Source of the DNA: Vicugna vicugna
Taxonomy: Eukaryota
Assembly: GCA_013265495.1 (NCBI GenBank)
Contig: MU058198.1
Coordinates: 5,161,779 to 5,225,778, forward strand
Reading direction: 5' to 3'
DNA: 64,000 nucleotides
The notes beneath the pieces are model-generated. The model did no database searches and was not told the DNA's origin. It saw nothing but the letters and a program-made list of their open reading frames with translations. Both the position numbers and the translations under genes were made by a program. Within the stretch, counting starts at the first letter, position 1, and the number at the start of each line of letters is the position of its first letter. Positions 61,536 through 64,000 of this stretch are shown piece after piece.

Positions 61536-63439
61536 GTGACAAAGTGAATACTTTTTTTTTTTCTGTATCACCAATATGTTTCACTGCTATTGTGGTTACT
61601 GCATATCTAACATCAGATTATACTTCCACATTTTTCTACATGTTTCTCCACTAGAATATAAGCTTCTTCAGGGTTGGTACCATGCCTGCTTTATTTCTAC
61701 GTCCTCAAAACTGAGGACCATGTCAGCTGAATAGCATGCACTTATTAATACCTTAAAAAAAAAAAAGAATGAAGGTCACTGTGGTAGTAGGATCAACAGC
61801 CAGGTGTGTGATTGTTACAGATGATGACATCAGGATGTCGCACAGAGAGTCAGGTATGTGATTGTTAAAGGTGATGACAATCAACAAGGCAACTCCATGT
61901 GGAGGCAGTGCAATATGGAAATGCACTTTAATTACTGAGTTGGTGAATATATTTGTTTTTACCCTAGGATGGCCTTACTGTCTTCCTTGAAAATATTTTG
62001 TGTATCCTCTTGGGTCTGTTTGAAACTCTCCTTTCTGTATTTTCTCCCTGAAACCAAGGGACAGGCAGAGGAATGACATTTTCTTTGCCAAGATCAATTT
62101 GAAGTCCTCGGCAGGAGCTCGCATTAATCACCTTCTTAGAGGCTCTCTCTTTCTGCTGCTCGGAAAGACTATTGTCAAAGGTAAAGGGGCCAGGAACTTC
62201 ATTGATTCCCTTCCCACAGTATATGAATAGGTCCCCTTTATCTAACTAAAGAGGTGTATTGTCAAAATTCCCTGCATTCAACCCCTACTACTTTGAACTT
62301 CATGTGGTTCCATTGACCCAGGACAACAAAAGCATGCAAATCTTGCCTCCAAACTCATGGAGATAAAGCCAATGTCACATGTTTATTCCCCCATCTGGGC
62401 CAATTAGCTTTCCTCTATTCAGTGAACCAAAGAAGCCCCCACGACTGAGTGTCTACTATGGGAAAAACTTCGTGCTAATCACAGAGAATGAAGAGATGAG
62501 TGGCCTAGTCTTTTTCTTGGGAAATACATTGGGGTGGCGGAGAAAGGAATACAACATCATAGTAAAAAGTGTTAAAAGCTCTGGTAGAAGGAAGATCTAC
62601 ACGGGAATTTAGAATGAAAAAAATAAAATGAGGGATATGAGTGGTGCTGAAGGTTTCTCATGGAGAATTAACATTTGTGTCAGGTCAAGGAGCTATGAGC
62701 GAGGGTTTTCCTAGAAGCTAGCATAGGAAGAACTTGCAGGGGATGGATGCATGTTCTATACCGTAAGTGTGGAAAAGGACTTGACCATCCAGAACTCATC
62801 TTCCCCTGGGATAGAATCAGTTATGTTGACAATGTTCAGGGCCCCTGGTGCAGTAGGGAAGCTGATGAAGGGAAGCAAAAGATACTGAAGCTAAGTCTTG
62901 TGTATCTACCAACCTGCTGGGGACCTGCCCTTCAGGGATGGATATAGAGCCAGCGCCAGAGGGAGAAAGGAGTGAAATTTTATTTTTCAGAACTTCATCA
63001 ATACCCGTTCCCTTGATTACCTATTCCCAGCACAGTTGGCTACCACAGAGAACAGAAGTGGGAAGAGTGGCCAAATTTAAAGCAAATGATGGAGGACCCT
63101 TTGCTCTGAGTCAGCCTAAAATAGCTTACTATCCCCTCTACTGCACCATTAAGTCTACTCCTGATTCATCCAAAGCGTGTATCCCAAGACAGAAGCTAGA
63201 GAAATAGCCTCTGAAACTGAAGAATCTCTCTGGGAGGTGGGGGTTTTGGCACTTGATTGTATATGTGATGCTTGTTATTTAGATTTTTAGAGATTACTAT
63301 CAGAATAACTTGGAATATGTTGTCTGTAGTTACACAGTCTGATTGCCACTGATCTGAATTAAGATGTGCTATAAGCATAAATCACACACTAAGTTTTGAG
63401 GAGTAGGGTTATTCCTCCCACACGTAATCCATGACATTT

Positions 63440-63890
63440 GGGTTGGCTAGTTCATACTTCCAGGATGCAGAGGTAAGATCATGATCTAGGATGGCCAGTG
63501 AGAATTCCATATTCCCCAAGCTCCATGGACTTGCAAAAAATGGGCGGGTGACCTACCCTCCTGGACCAAAGCTAACAGGAATCGGACCCTGGTGTTTTGT
63601 TCAAACCATCAATAAAGAGGTTTCTGTTTCCAGTAGGATTCCTCAACCAGGAAGATGTAAGCTTGGGGCTGCTACTGCTCACTTTTTCACCTCTGGAAGG
63701 GAGCCTGACCGAAAATGAGAACAAGAAACAAAACCAAAATATACAGGGAGACAGATTCCCAATGACATCATTGGAACATCTGGATCTAACTGTACCTGAA
63801 GCCAGATATTTTTCAATTACATGTGCCAATACAACTTATGCTTAAACCAATTTTAATTGTATTTTGCCCCTTGCAACTGAAAGGCCAAAG
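63440..63890 (+). mobile_element. ERVL-MaLR LTR (MLT1J/K-like)
   Basis: GACATCATTGGAACATCTGGATCTAACTGTACCTGAAGCCAGA..TTACATGTGCCAATA..GCTTAAACCAATTT..CTTGCAACTGAAAG. Confidence 0.7.
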
Positions 63891-64000
63891 AAACATCATA
63901 ATCGGCTCCCCTCCTCTTTCTGTACTTAACCTCTCACCTTTCCCCACCATGCCATTCATTGTATTATTTGTATCGAAATCTTTGCCTGTTTTGAAACAGG

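Noticed and set aside
61801..61879. CRISPR-like repeat-spacer-repeat
   Set aside because: Only two imperfect repeats, mammalian context and no cas genes.
1..64000. Host gene identity or spliced exons
   Set aside because: No ORF or exon-like segment with recognisable host protein similarity. Very short exons cannot be excluded without alignment to transcripts.

Overview
Mammalian genomic DNA, most likely camelid (alpaca/vicuna/camel): it carries eight copies of a tRNA-Ala(AGC)-derived SINE with the head and tail of the camelid Vic-1 family, plus cetartiodactyl-type L1 3' ends. I found no credible host protein-coding exon, RNA gene or CRISPR array. The window reads as intronic or intergenic sequence dominated by layered transposon fossils (MIR, L2, old and young L1, MaLR/ERVL/ERV1 LTRs, a MER4-group ERV internal segment, hAT and Tigger DNA elements). 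The only recognisable coding sequence is L1 remnant. The most notable items are: (i) two solo MER41-like LTRs in inverted orientation 1.1 kb apart, both carrying a TTC-N4-GAA (STAT6-type) site where primate MER41 has an N3 GAS site, and differing in CpG decay; (ii) several repeat-free islands rich in CpG or homeodomain motifs (about 17.0, 20.3, 23.4-24.4, 33.7-34.1 and 40.6-41.0 kb) that look like developmental enhancers; (iii) several unusual retrotransposition products bounded by target-site duplications (a chimeric L1 3' end, a 3' transduction, tailless L1 and SINE inserts, an inverted L1, an RT-deleted L1). Repeat family names come from my recall of consensus sequences, not from a search, and boundaries of ancient repeats are approximate. 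I do not see evidence for a wholly new biological system.
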